Source of the DNA: Tricharina praecox
Taxonomy: Eukaryota
DNA: 64,000 bases
Direction of reading: 5' to 3'
NCBI RefSeq assembly: GCF_024521635.1
Contig: NW_026250415.1
Span: 682,001-746,000 of the forward strand
Below the pieces are notes generated by a model. The model was given only the letters and a program-made list of their open reading frames with translations, was not told the origin of the DNA and did no database searches. The number at the start of each line of letters is the position of its first letter. Position 1 is the stretch's first letter. Shown here piece by piece: positions 12,900 to 26,032 of this stretch. Both the position numbers and the translations under genes were made by a program.

Positions 12900-14180
12900 A
12901 CTGACTTGCAGACTGGCTTGCGGGTTTGGAAGGACGAATACAGTACAGCACAGTGGCTTCAGCCTGCAGCCTGCTGGAACCGCCTCGATGCGATTCCGTC
13001 GACATATTATGGAGGGTTTCCACCAGCCTGCGGGAACAAACCGCCTCCATCGACAATGTGATACAGTATGTACGGTACTGGGCGGATATATCACATGCAC
13101 CTGGTGGGAAAAATCGCGCTGGAATGGGCCTTGAGTATTTGTGTATTCCCGCCATGAGCGCAGGGCCAGAACGGCGGATTTCCCTCTTCTCATCGCCGCT
13201 GATGACGCACTGGAGGCACTGGAACGCCTCAAAAGCTGGCAGCGAGATAGTCTTGTATCATAGCTGCTATGTACTCTACAAAGGGCGATATCAAGGAGAT
13301 GGAGATGGAGACTGCCCAGCTATGCACAGGACAGCTTCCTCGGCGCTTTACACAAAATTAGATATCGACAATCGCGCTGCTGTGTAGGACAAGAACAAAG
13401 TCGAGGTGAGTATCTAACGCGCATTACCAGCCAGCTTCGATCGATCGATGCTAAGACTCCCAGTAGGTAGAATAAGCTCGTCAACGCCGGAAAGGCTTAC
13501 AAAGATCTTTGGTCGTCCGAATGTTGCCTCTGCCGCCGAGTCCACTGTCCGCTCCTACATCGTCGCCACTAGACTAGGAGGCACTCGCTACCACCGGAAT
13601 CCAGCTCAACAGCTCAATGGAACGGCGCCGCTTGCCACATACGGCTCCACCAAACGATATGGCGCCAAAGCTCTTGCGAGACGCGGCTTGCTCATCAAGA
13701 GACCTGCGAGACGTACACTGTGGGCGACAACGAACTTCGAAGCCAGACAGACAAGCCACTGCGTTCCCAGGTGTATGTCCGATGGGATCGTGGTTTACGA
13801 CGGGGTCTGTGAAGAGGAGGAAGAAGACGAGGAGGATGATCAATAGCTGTACTACTTATGCCTAGTACCTATAGACATAAACGTATGGACGTATAGGCGT
13901 ATGGGAAAGGTTCACGGATTTCAAACGAAAACATTCTCCGTCCAAAGTCGAACACCTACCAGTCCATGCAGTCAGTCAGTCGACTGCTGTCTGTCTGTCT
14001 AGTCCAGTCCTACCAGCGGCAGGCCGCGCAGACTGCCTGCTCAGTAAAGTCCAGTCCAGTCCGGTCTAGTCCAAGCCCCAAGACGGACTGCAAAGACGGA
14101 CTGCACCGCTCAGTCCAGTCAGTCCGACGAATGCCGAAAAATGGACGGGACTGGACTGGACTGGACTATCCGAGGCACTG
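12900..14180 (+). mobile_element. Degenerate hAT-family DNA transposon relic (dimerization-domain fragments plus one terminal region)
   Basis: Frameshifted fragments WW (13103), LEYLCIPAMSAGPERRISLFSS (~13130-13195) and DDALEALERLKSW (~13200-13240) match the hAT C-terminal dimerization consensus (WW..ALDYLSIPAMSA.PERVFS..IEALECLKSW). 13960-14180 has AGTCC/GGACT subterminal repeats ending in ..CCGAGGCACTG (reverse complement CAGTG.., typical hAT terminus). Left boundary uncertain. Confidence 0.75.
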
Positions 14181-17100
14181 TGAGGAGAATGGACAGAGGA
14201 ACTGTGATGTTTTGTTTTTTCTTTCTCCAAAGGGTCCGGCTCCGGCTATCACCTGGAAGAGCAACTACTGGCGGAACTTGACACTTTTGTTTTCATCTTT
14301 TATCTCAACTTGTTACGGTACCTAGAGGAGGTAGAGGAGGTGAGTACCAGTGAATAGGAAACAAGCCTCTGCCACGAAGATTGCACTACCTACCTGGTAC
14401 CTCCCACCGATATGATGTATGATGGGCGTGTTTAGAATACTACATCTCATCAGTCGGCGCTCCCCACCTGTGTCGCGGCCCGCCGGCTTCTCGCCGTTAC
14501 ATGGACGTTGACGAACAGTCGAACCCCGGCCACGCTCCGGATCACTCGCAATCACTCTATAGCCCAATCCTCCATTCTGTTGTGAATAGCGACTGAATGG
14601 ATGAATTACAGTGTGTATTATGTCTAGAGAAGGGAGGCTGTAGCCCCGAGTGTAGGAAAGGGGCAAAGGCCCGTACCTTTCCACGATGGCAAAGGATCGA
14701 GTGAGAATATGAGATATTACAACACATCCTCTCGTCTACCGTTCACCTTTCACGACCATCCCGCACCCGTCCAGCCAGCCCACCAACTGGAACAGGCCGG
14801 AACGCATTATGAGCCCTACATAGCAGAGGAGCGAATTAAGCGGAGCGGGGGGTACTCTAGATAAACGTTAAAGCCCTTGGTCGAGATTTGGCGGAGGTTG
14901 GACGTGGGGGATTCCCCTTATCGATGCTCTTTTCCTCAACACATGCATATAAGCAGGTAGATACATAGTCTCTCCGATGCGTACATCGGGGAATATACAC
15001 ACATCGAGCTTGCAGCCGGCGCTCCAAGACAGTGCGGCGGGACTGGTCGTGTAAACTACCATGATCTGGTAGGTTGGATGCGACAAAGCTTGAGCAAACA
15101 CCCGCCCCCACCACCGCCCCGCCGCTGTCCTCATCGCTCCATCGCTCCATACTCCATCGCTCCATACGTAACCGCCTACCAGCTCATCGCATGGGTATTC
15201 GGACAGCCGCTTTACCAGCACCCCCCAATCTGTCCGAATATGTAGCCATGCAATGATCCAGTAACTATACCTAGTACTAAGCACCAGTCAGCAATCAGCA
15301 GTCAGCACACCGGACATTGCGGCACCGCGGCACCAGCACGTACACATATGTACACACGCGGCCCCCTCCCCCCTCCCCACCCCCACCCTCACCCCCCGCC
15401 GGAAAATTTCCACAGCCGTCGTTGCCTGTGCCTGCGGGCGTCGTTGACGTTGACGTTGGGAGAGACATCTTACTGTAACTAGTGCTGGGCCTGCCTACAT
15501 GAGGCTATGTACGATGCAGATCTCGACATGTACTGGGGGTCTTCGGGCTTTCGGCTCGTTGTGCTCGCTATGTGCTCGCTACCGTGGCGTGTAATCGTGC
15601 AATGGTGCAATGGTGTATGTAAGATGGCCGCGCATACTGGACTGTAGATATGTGTGAGGTATGTAAGTGCGTGTGGGTAAACACTCTGCGGTGGATGGGA
15701 TTGGATTGGGGGTTGGTTGGATTTGAGGGGGGAGGGGGGGAGGCGGCGGCGGAGCGAGCCATCGCCTATGTTTCTCCCAGTTACCTACATACCCATCATA
15801 CGTAAGCTGTTTATTCAAACCTACGGACCGAAGCGATGGAACCACGTACCTACTACCTACTACCTACTACCTAGTATATAAGATGTATGCAAGTACTGAG
15901 AGCTCAGGCTGGAAGTACCGGTAGGTATGTAGCGGTAAGAGGTTTGTAGCGGACGTGCCGAGTCGCCGATCCATGAACCATGGCCCATGGGCATTGCAGT
16001 GGAGTGGAGTGGCTACTGACGTAGCTCATGGATGATGGATGATGGATGATGGACGGAGGTAGTAGCCTGCGCCACAATACCTCTGCTACACCGCCACAGT
16101 GTACTCGTACATAGAGGAGTTAGCGCCCGCCCGCCAACCGCCCGCCAACCAACCACACAAGTTCAACAAACTCCACTCATAGCTACGGCACGGTACTCCA
16201 GCACCAACGAATGAGTGGGCGAATGAGTGGATGAGTGGATGAGTGGCTGAGTGGCTGAGTGGATGAGTGGATGAGTGGATGAGTGAGCCGACACCGCATG
16301 ATCGCCGAGCTTCGGCGCTTATTTGCGCTACAGGTGACCATTTCTATACTAGGAGAGGTCACAGCTTCAGCTGTGACAGTGGGACAGCTGTGACAGTGGG
16401 ACCCAGCTGCAATTTACAACTTACAACTTGCAACACGGTTTTCAATGTCCATACACACCATGCACCGTTCCGAGACGTCAGTAGAAGGTTTCGCCTCGCT
16501 TCACTTCGCGAGGTGTGCAGGTAGGTGTCGACTGTATGTAGAGTATGTAGAGGATGTAACAAGTCGGATTCTCGAGTCTCGACGCTCCGAGAGGGAGGGT
16601 TTGGAAAATAATGTACTGGGGTTTCGGAGTTTGGGTTTTGGGTTTCACCGTCACCGTCACCTCCCACCCCCCACCGGCGCGGAGGGGTTGGAGGGGATGG
16701 TTGGCAACAAGCGCCAGACCTATGTAACAGACAGACCTAGAGAATGCTTGTTTTTGTGATACACATCATACACATCATACACATCATACACATCGGTCGG
16801 TCGGTCGGTCGGTGGTTTGGGCGGTAGACAGGTCGCTCGGTACCGGTGGGGTGGTTTCGCTTTCTCGTTTCTCGGTACCGTTCCGCGCCGGTTGATGTGC
16901 CTTGTGCAATTGTGCACTTGTGGCCTTGTGCTGGTGTTCTCGAACACACACACACACACACGGAAGACGGACGGATATACGACCAGGTGTTTGCCTGTTT
17001 GGACGAGATACCTACTCTAGTACCATGTATGTGTTCTCCGGCTCGGGCTCAGGCTCAGGCTCGGGCTTTGACGCCCACCCGGCTTCGACGGGTAAATACG

Positions 17101-17600
17101 ATACGAAAAACTCTTACCGCGCCCGACCCTCAGCTGGCGGATCGAGGAGTGCATGATGTATCATACCATAGTCGTGATGCTGATGTGATACGTTTACGAC
17201 TTCAGAGTCGAGTTAGGTGTCAGTCTCACTCGTGGTTCATCCAGCCAACAACTCCAATGTCCATACATAGCTGTGACCCCCCAGCACAGCAGAGCCCGCG
17301 GCTGCTGCTGTCAAGATGTCAAGAAGTAGGACGATCCAAGCGCGAACTGGGAGTCTGGGACCGAACGACGGTAACAGAGGGGACGGAAGCTCTTCCGGAT
17401 TCCGAATTCCGGGTTCCGGAGACTCTTGGGTATGATGTACCTACTCTACATACTCCCACCTAGGCAAGTACTCCCGTCTACATTCCTCTACTCTACTCTA
17501 CTCTCGACTCTTGCAGCGTGCCGCGCGCAAGTTGCAACGAACGCAACGAACGGATGCAAACGACGTTTGACGCTTTTGCTGGATTGCTGGGAATCCGAAG

Positions 17601-17681
17601 CAGCATCCAGCATCCAGCATCCAGCATCCAGCATCCAGCATCCAGCATCCAGCATCCAGCATCCAGCATCCAGCATCCAGC
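17601..17681. repeat. (CAGCATC)n heptamer tandem repeat, ~11 copies
   Basis: Perfect 7-bp periodicity seen directly. Confidence 0.95.
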
Positions 17682-19124
17682 TACTAGTATGTAACCACTC
17701 TACCTGCTGGCGAGTTTCCAGTCCGGAGCGAGCCGGGGTTTCGGAGCACTCCCGTTCTTCAGCCAGTCAGCATTACATAAATGCACCATCATACCACAGA
17801 TGCTGATCTGTCGGTTGCGGCGTTGCATTGCGTTGCGCGTCAGCCCTGCATAGCTGCCTGCCTGCCCTGCCTACCTACCTGCCTGCCCTGCCTATATACG
17901 CTCGGTGGAAAGGATACCCCCCCCCCCCCAAGGGTCGTTCGATAGAAGGTGGTTTCTGGCGCCATGGCAGCGTTGCCCCATCCATCCATCGAGTGCACCA
18001 AGCTTGCCCTTGATCCGTGACCCCGGAGAAACTATCGACCGGGTGGGTGGGCGGACGGACGCGAGCGCGAGATGCAGCATATGTACTATGATATGATACT
18101 CTAATGAGGTCTCCACAATCCTATCGAAGATTGCGATGCAATATGTGTGAAACAGCGACATGTGCTTGCGACATAGCTGGCTGGCGGGAACATGTGCTGG
18201 CTGGCTGGGCTGGCTGGCTGGCGGGGACGGGCACGGGGCATCACTCGCGTGGGTGATCCGTCGCCGAGCAGAGTGCTAGTAGTTGTCCGAGAACACTCGG
18301 TTGGTTTTCTTTCGTTCTTCCGCAGGGCTCTCTCGCGTGGTCGACAGCGTTGGTTGGTTGGTCGGTGAGCGGTCCGAGACGGCCTGAAACGGTGAGTGAC
18401 ACAAGGCTCGCGATGCGACTGGAGGTGTTGCGCTCGAGCAAGAGAGCAAGAGAGTAACAGAGCAAGAGGTGAGACACTTCTCGTATGCATAAACGATGGC
18501 GGCTGTCTCCATTGTGCAAAGCAACTATTCGGAACGGGAACTGACCGGGGGCCGGGGATGGTTTGAAGTCTGGGCACGAAGAAGAGGCGGGGTTGCGCTA
18601 AGAACCGAGATGTGATTGGAGACGTGATTGGAGATGTGACGGAGGGCTGGCTGTGAGCACGGGTATGCTATGCATGATGCTATGTAGCTGTGTAGCTGTG
18701 ATGGAGTGCGGTAGGCGTGTCCTAGCTACCGGCAATTGGGAAGAATAGAGTAGAGTAGTAGTAGGGGCGATGGTCTTTGAAGCCATCACGGAGAGCGAAG
18801 AGGTTTCTCCGATGAATCTGTTGGCGAACTATGGCCCGTCTCGGCATCTGCATCCAACGGAGTCCTCTTTTTTGCTGCATGATGTGCCTGCAGGATCCAG
18901 AGTCGGAAAGAACGAACGAGAGAAGGCGGCGGGTTTCCATCCAGCGTCCAGCGTCCAGTTGCAGCCCAGGCCTGCCCTACACACTCGCTCTACACGCCTA
19001 TGCAGACAGCTCAGGGGTGCGTTTGGGTCACCACCAGTGACCACCACCACCACCTCCTCCACCACCGCCACCACCGCGCTCGCATAGGTACGCGATGTAT
19101 CGTGCCAGTGCTGAGCTGACTGAC

Positions 19125-19235
19125 TGGCCGACTGGCTGACTGGAAGACCGACTGGCTGGCTGACTGGAAGACCGACTGGCTGGCTGACTGGAAGACCGAC
19201 TGGCTGGCTGACTGGAAGACCGACTGGCTGGCTGG
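19125..19235. repeat. 24-bp minisatellite (GACTGGCTGGCTGACTGGAAGACC), ~4 copies
   Basis: Direct inspection. Confidence 0.9.
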
Positions 19236-19741
19236 CAGTTGCGGCTGGCTGCTGTAGAAGTGCTCGTCCTGTTCCTGTCGCAACGAACGTGTGCAGTTCC
19301 ATATTTCTCCTTGCCACTCCACACTCCCTCTCCCCCTCCCCCTCTCCGATCGAACCTCCATCTCTCCTCCATCTCTCCTCCATCGCCAACCCACATCTGC
19401 TTGCTGGACAGCAGTTTGTTTGGCATCGACATTCCCGTTTCCTGTCTGTCCTTCCGTCTGTCTGTCTGCCTTCCGTCTCTCTTTCACGACCGTTCACGGA
19501 CTTCCCCAATCACGCCGGCAAATTTATCCAAATTTACCGCCCCTCCAATCACATCCCCCCTAGTGGGAGAACGAGAGAGACTCCGTGCACTGTTCACGTC
19601 CTTATTTCTGGCGTTGCCCCACGCATCCACGGTTCATCCAGGCGGTGAAAAAGGATTCGTGCCCGACAGCCTTCCTCTGTCCTTCACCTGCGACCTGCAA
19701 CTTCTTCCTTCGAGCATTTTCCCGCCGTCGCTCTCGGAATC

Positions 19742-19810
19742 TTCCTTCGCCTTCTCCTTCGCCTTCTCCTTCGCCTTCTCCTTCGCCTTCTCCTTCGCCT
19801 TCTCCTTCGC
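19742..19810. repeat. (TTCGCCTTCTCC)n 12-bp repeat, ~5 copies
   Basis: Direct inspection; lies in the pyrimidine-rich leader upstream of the gene at 20459. Confidence 0.9.
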
Positions 19811-20458
19811 GCCCGTTCCGTTCGACTCGAGTTACACACACACTACAAGTGATCGGCCCAGCGCGTTGCCCGTCTAGTTAGGTCAGTAAGTTCTTGGATG
19901 CACTCTACTCTACTGTGCTCTGCTCCACTCCCCTGAATGCTTGGATGCGCATCCTTCGTTCCCGCATTTCGTGCCTGTGCCGCTTGGACAGAGTTCTCCC
20001 ATCGCTCTTCTTCTTCGTCGCTGCACATCCTCTCGACGATCCGCATACCTACGCCATCTCTGCTTTACATACCCGCCTCCCGTCGATTTTCTTCTTTTCT
20101 TACTGACGCTGCTTGAATCGACACAGCCGCAATCCGAATTCAAACCAACCAGCCCCTCCCCTCCAGATAAACGTAGCTCCAACGGTTCCCGTCTTCTCGC
20201 TACCATTCGATCCCGCCCCTGATCTAACCCAACGCGAGCCACCGCTCCCCTCCTCCCAACAATAACAACACCTCGTCGCCCACGTAAAGTAGGCAATACA
20301 TCATCTTGAATTTCCACCGCCGTCGCATCCGTACAATTTGATCGCATTCAATCGTAATCGGCCGTCGCGGGCCTTATCTATAGACGAGCTCACTCGGTCA
20401 CCACCTTCGCTTCGACCAACGTTTCGCTCCGTTCGCTATTCTCCACACATCCGTCAAG

Positions 20459-21455
20459 ATGCGCACTGCAGTCCTGCAACAATTCTTTCTGGGCTTGTCA
20501 GCATTGTGTGCCGGCACACTCGCTGAAGTCGACTCGTCGTTCCCCGGTCCGAGTGGAACATCGAGTACGGGGGTTGGCGGTGTGCAGGTCGACAGCTGGT
20601 ACGGCCTGCTGCGGAGGAACGTCGGATCGATGCTGGACAAGCGGGCCGAGGGGATTCGGACTGAGGAGGATGTGAAGGATCTTGATCTGGAGGCGTGGGC
20701 GACCGAAACCGTCAAACTGTGTGCCACCAAGCTGAACTCGACGGTGATCGCCTCGAACCCAGCCGGCGTGGCTGGCTGCTGGAACCTCCCGCTGCTAGTT
20801 GCGAAGACGGGTGTGTTCGCGGCCGATCTGAGATTGTTCAGGGTGGCCGAGCCGACCGGTGACTGGGCAAATGTCGACATCTCGGCGTACAACATCTCGG
20901 TGGTGTACGATGGCAGTGCCGCTATCCAGCCAAGAGCATTGTCGGAAAAGGAAAGGAGGGCGTCGGAAGCGGGCATGCCGGAGAACACCAAGCTCGTCAA
21001 GTTGATTGACTCCCAGTTCATTGGGAATCTCGCTCCCTCGCTGCTCTCCGAGAAGCTGACTGAGTATGCGCTCCACTCTCCGTCCCATCGCTTTGATGGC
21101 CCGTAGCTAACACCACCACAGTACTGAGCTCAAAGTCATGGTCACGCCCAAGATCTCGATCAGCGCCTTCACCACCACTGGTAAAGCAGTCAACACCACC
21201 GTCAGCATCGAAGACTCGATGTTTCTGAACGGTGTCTTTGCCGACACACCCGCCCTCAGTGCCGAGGAGACGGAGGAAGTCAAGGAAGCACCCTTCGAGC
21301 TCCCCGGCACACGGATCGAAATCGTTCCCGCAGGTTTATACTTTTTCAGCGCATACCTATTCGTCGCATGTTCGATCTTTGGCTGGGGCACCCTCGAGCG
21401 AGCCAAGTTCCGTGAGCAGTACCGCCAGCGCATCGCCTCGCAAGGGTTCCGATAG
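20459..21455 (+). CDS. Hypothetical fungal protein with N-terminal signal peptide and C-terminal transmembrane helix (single-pass type)
   Basis: Exons 20459-21063 and 21122-21455; intron 21064-21121 GTATGC..GCTAAC..CAG restores frame (..KLTD|TELKVMVTP..). Hydrophobic N-terminus FFLGLSALCAGTLA; TM segment IVPAGLYFFSAYLFVACSIFGWG followed by basic RAKFREQYRQR; coding-like codon usage. Confidence 0.85.
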
Positions 21456-23707
21456 GCGGATCTACGGTTTTCGGTTTCTCTTGACTTGCGGGGGGTCTAT
21501 GGTTTTCGGTTCTCTTGACTTGCGCTTCTTTCCTATGGGCCCGGTTTATCTTTCTACTTTACGAGCGGGTTGTCGGTTTATTCCTTTCCATTACTACGGA
21601 GTTTGGTTTTCACTTGGTTCTTTCTTTTTCTTTTTCTCTTGCGGGTTTGGTGGGGTTGATGAGGTGCATTCAGCGGCATTTTGGGTTTCTTCGTTCACTT
21701 ATTCTTCTTCTTATTCTTCTTCTTCACGGTGGTGTGTGCGGTGTGTGTTTACGTTCGTTCGTACTTATGCCCCTTTGATTTGACTTTGACTTGACTTGAC
21801 CGCAACAGTACATAATTCTTCCGGTGCTTCTTACTTTTTTGCTGCGTTGGCTGCGTTGGTTGGCTGCCTACGGTCCGTGGAGTGTGGAGTGTGATACCTA
21901 ACCTAACTTCTATGTTGATATTCTCGAGAGCTTCTTATTCCTTCCATTCCATTCACTTTCGTTGTTTTTTTTCCCCGTTGGATGCTGTGGATGCTGTGGA
22001 TGCTGGTGTTGTTTCTTGGGGCCGTGTAGGGGAGGGCTTAGATTTGTAGATAGATTTGATGGTGGGATGAGGTGCCAGGGCTGAGGTGCCAGGGCTGAGG
22101 TGGGAGGAATGAGGCTGAGGTCGGAGGAATGTCGTAAGAATGTTATGGACAATTACAAACAAGTACCTACATCTTACTCTATGGCTCTGTGGCAGTGATT
22201 CTTGGGATGGGATGGCAATGGGATTGCAAACGGAGAGGAGAGCGAGTGAGCGAGTGCGCAGAAGGGAGTGAGTGAGCAGAAGGAACATCTACCTATCATA
22301 GGACCATGGTTATTCCTTGCGGCGAATGGGTCTGGGCTCTGGACTCGGGAGTCGGGACATGGAGTCGGGACATGGATGGTCACTCCTGCTACCGTGCCTC
22401 CGCTGATATCCGTACTGGTCCGGCCGACTGCTGGTTGCTACAGTGCACTGTGCTACACAGGGCTCAGGCAAGCAAGTCCGCAGGGCTATTCTGATCCACG
22501 GGCGGTGCACCCTATTACTCTATCGTGAGCATGGATTTATACAAACAGCGATAGTTGCAGTGTGCAGTGTGTACTCGGCGAAGTCCATCGTGAGACTTGA
22601 GTAGCCATTAATAGCGCTTTTCGCATCACCTCAGACCTGGAGTATCTACCGGTATCGTATAGAGTATCGTATAGAGTGGTGGGCCTGGGTACTTCTGTAC
22701 TGTACACATTCAAGACTAACTCTAGATAGTAAACACTCGCAAGTTGCAACATCCTAGGCTGCCGTGGCGATCAAGGAGAGTTAAGCTTCAAATGGTGGGG
22801 GTGAATAGATTGTAGCAAGTTAGGTACTTGTTATCCGCCGAGATACGGCAACACTCAACGCACTTTATGTGGCAGAGCTCACGCAGTCTTACGAGGTGTC
22901 ACTCGCTCGAGCTTCAAATCCGCTAGTACTTGGTCACCGAGCGCTGTCCAACAGTTCTAAAACGTTTCAATGGGTATTGTCTGTTTGAAACCAACCACAA
23001 TGGCGACCGCGCGCGAATTGGCTATGGCTCTCGATACCGTAACTTCACTGATTGACTGATCGGTAGGGAGTCGACTGCTGTCCGTCCTGTCAGGCCGCAC
23101 TCATACACCTCCGGACGGACGGACTGGACTGGACTATACACACTCGCTGCAATGATGTGGGGCTCCGGGGGGGGGGGGGGGGGGGGGGGGGGGGTTGTAT
23201 CATCATTGCTTTGCTTACTTGCTGGCGACCTATGTACCTAGCTGGATCATGGCAATACACACACATAGACACATACAGTCCTGGTACATATCCTGTCTGC
23301 AGTCTCGGCAGCGAGCTCGCCTCCCTCGATCCGTGCAGCAGTACGTTTTTTTCTTTTCTTCATTGGGCTCTTAGGCTCTACATCCCGAGCTGGGCGCAAC
23401 AGTCAACAGTGATTTGGGGAGTCGTCTTCCAGCAATCAGCCGCAGGATCGATAGGCGATGAGACAAACATCTCGCATGACGATAGGCGCGCGAGAGCGCA
23501 GACGAGCGTGCACCGTATGTAGCGGATATTCCTCACACCTCACACCTCACACCTCACTCGTCCCCCCATCCCTTCGGCGCCCCCAGCTCACCAGCGGTAA
23601 AGAGAGTGTACCACAACCAGCGCATCAATCCGTTCCGTACGTATCTGCAGCAACCGCAATCGCAATCGCAATGGCATTATAGTACACGTGGTAGACACGC
23701 TATGTAG

Positions 23708-24178
23708 CTAGTTCAACCCACTCCTCCCGCCCTTCTCGACCCTGAGCTCCTCCATCTTTGCCACGCGCTTCTTGAACTCGACGTACTGGCACTTCTCATA
23801 GCTGTGGCGCTCGTCCTATTTGCCGTGGCTCCCACATCAGCTCCCCCGGTAGCGAGAAAGAAGGAGGGAGAAAGGAGCGGGGGGGAAGGCACCTCGCATT
23901 TCCACGGCATGTAGAACGTGTCGTAGCGGCACTTGTTCAGCGGCACGAGCAGGTGCGCGCACGTGTCGCGGTAGGCGAGCGGCAGCCGCGCGGCGGACAT
24001 TTCCTCGTGCGTGACTGTGGTGCCGAGGCGCGTTAGCATTTCCTCCACATAGCCACACATGGCCGCACATGGCCCCCGGGGGAGGGGAGGGAAAAGCGGG
24101 GATGCGTGGGTGCGTACGTTGCGTCCCCGCCGGCGACGACGGGGAAAGTGATTCTTTCAGGGTCTCGAGGAGCGTCAT
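23708..24178 (-). CDS. NDUFB7: NADH:ubiquinone oxidoreductase (complex I) B18 subunit
   Basis: Three exons (intron 24015-24117 GTACGC..GCTAAC..CAG; second intron GTGCCT..GCTGAT..TAG at ~23816-23891). Spliced protein: ..THEEMSAARLPLAYRDTCAHLLVPLNKCRYDTFYMPWKCEDERHSYEKCQYVEFKKRVAKMEEL.., the twin CX9C signature of B18. Confidence 0.95.
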
Positions 24179-24340
24179 GGTTTGCTGGTGCTGCTGGTGG
24201 TGGAGGTGTGGTGCTGGTGCGACGGCGGCGGCGGGATTCGGTGCTGCGGGAGCGGGTGCGGGAACGGTGATGGTGTGGTGACGCGGAGGTGCTGGCGGTG
24301 GTGGTGCGGCCGGGTAACTAGCCTGTGAAACGGCGGACGG

Positions 24341-24446
24341 GATGGACTACATAACCGTACTTTTATCCCGTCCTCCAAAGGAACGGATGGGGCAGGACGG
24401 GGCTAATCCCGTCTAGTCCGTCTAGACCGGACTCTGTAGAACACTG
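24341..24446. mobile_element. Solo hAT-like transposon end
   Basis: Reverse complement reads CAGTGTTCTACAGAGTCCGGTCTAGACGGACTAGACGGGA..; CAGTG terminus plus GTCC/GGAC subterminal repeats like 13960-14180. No partner end found. Confidence 0.4.
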
Positions 24447-24658
24447 GACGCCGGGTTTGTCAGTCCTGCAACTCTGTGCTGAGTTCGTCGAGCATGTTCG
24501 TCGAGCATGTTCAATCGCCAGAAGGGCCCACTACCTAGCCTAGGCTAGCTACCTACTACAGCTCGGAGCTACTGGTTAGCAGCAACTCGGGCAACTCGGC
24601 GTTTCCTATGACGGTACCTATCATCCACCCAACGCAATGGGTTTCTGTGGTTATATAC

Positions 24659-24766
24659 CTTCGCAAGGACCGTCAATTCTTCCCGCGAGACGTTCCACGA
24701 ATGTTTGCCCAAACCAAAGTGGGTTGTGACGACACTCAACACACCGCCGCAGAGGAAGAGGAAGAT
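24659..24766 (-). pseudogene. Orphan exon relic of a third rhodopsin-domain/PTH11-like gene (copy A)
   Basis: AAG|IFLFLCGGVLSVVTTHFGLGKHSWNVSREELTVLAK|GTATAT aligns with exon 3 of the neighbouring paralogs (YYGMGKHFWNVSPRDL; HYGAGEHFWNVSQKDL) with the same splice boundaries; I cannot find the other exons. Confidence 0.75.
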
Positions 24767-26032
24767 CTTGTATGCATCCACTCTCAATATCATAGCCACA
24801 TAATTGATAACAGTCCGTCAGATAGAACACCACCACGGTGGCGTCGCCCCCCCTCCTCCCTAAGCATGAGGAGTTGTGAATTCCACTTGTCCAGCACGAG
24901 GATAAAAAGCAAAACCACAATCTGGGGGCGGTGCCGGGAACAGGATACTGGGCCGATCTGTTGTCCGTGCACTGCTGGTAGTTACACACCGGTATTCCTG
25001 GTCGGAAGTCGTCGAGTCGTCGACGGCCGCTGATTGGCGGCTGAGCTGGTTCGCCGTAAGGACTCAGGAATAGAGACCAGCCGCCAGTAATACGACAACC
25101 GAACAAGCTCAACAGTGACCAGCGATCATCCGCTCAGCCTTCAGGCTTGCCATGCCATGCCATGCCACCTGGAGCCATACGGCGATGCATATGGCGGAAT
25201 GGGATTTTGTGATCGAGTACGTCGACTGCATACGTGACCGACTGTAACTGCCTTTTATACTATATAGCGAACATCTTGCGATGCCCGAGTGCGAATCCCG
25301 CCACGAAGGGTGTGGAATGCGCCATTCTGCATAAAAAGGAGGTAGGTATGGTTCGGGTTCCCGAGTGCGGCTGTGGCTGCGGGGGCGAGCCCCCGGTTTG
25401 CTGCGACAGCCCCTGTGAGAGGGCTCGTCGCAGATGACCGTCTCGTTTCCTCGTGTTATGTATGGCCCTTGTATATGCACGCCGGCGACCCAGCGGCCGG
25501 ATGAGTGAATGTGGTGGTGAATAACTACCGTATATAGTCGGTTGGTTCTTACGAAACCGAGCAACCGCAATGACTTCTTCAAGCGTCATTCCTTCAAAAG
25601 CACTCGTGTATTTTCTCCACGAACGGAAGGATTGTCACAAATTCACAATTCCTATCGGGCAGCGCAGCGAGTGCAATGGGAGGTTCTAATACTCTAGAGT
25701 TCTTCCCCCCTCTCCCAAAAAAACAAGGCTGTTGCTGAGGGTGAGTGTCTCAAACAAAAACACACCGGAAGAGCGAAAACGAGATAGAATGGGTATATGA
25801 GACATATACCCCTCCACAGTGCAGCTGCTGGACCTGTGGTGCTCGCTTTGGATGCGGTCATTGGCGGTCACTCGGGGTATCTACTGTGTCGAAGCGATTG
25901 AACAGCACAGATAATGGTAGAATACTACCAGGTATGTAGAGCGTGCTTGTTCTGGCTACGTATGGAAGCCAGCCGGACAATATTCTATTCTATTCCGCAT
26001 CCGCATCCGCATCCGCATCCGCATCCAGTCCG

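Noticed and set aside
19125-19235. Regular repeats here and at 44299-44480 and 62462-62531 as CRISPR-like arrays
   Set aside because: No unique spacers, eukaryotic context and no cas genes; these are tandem repeats.
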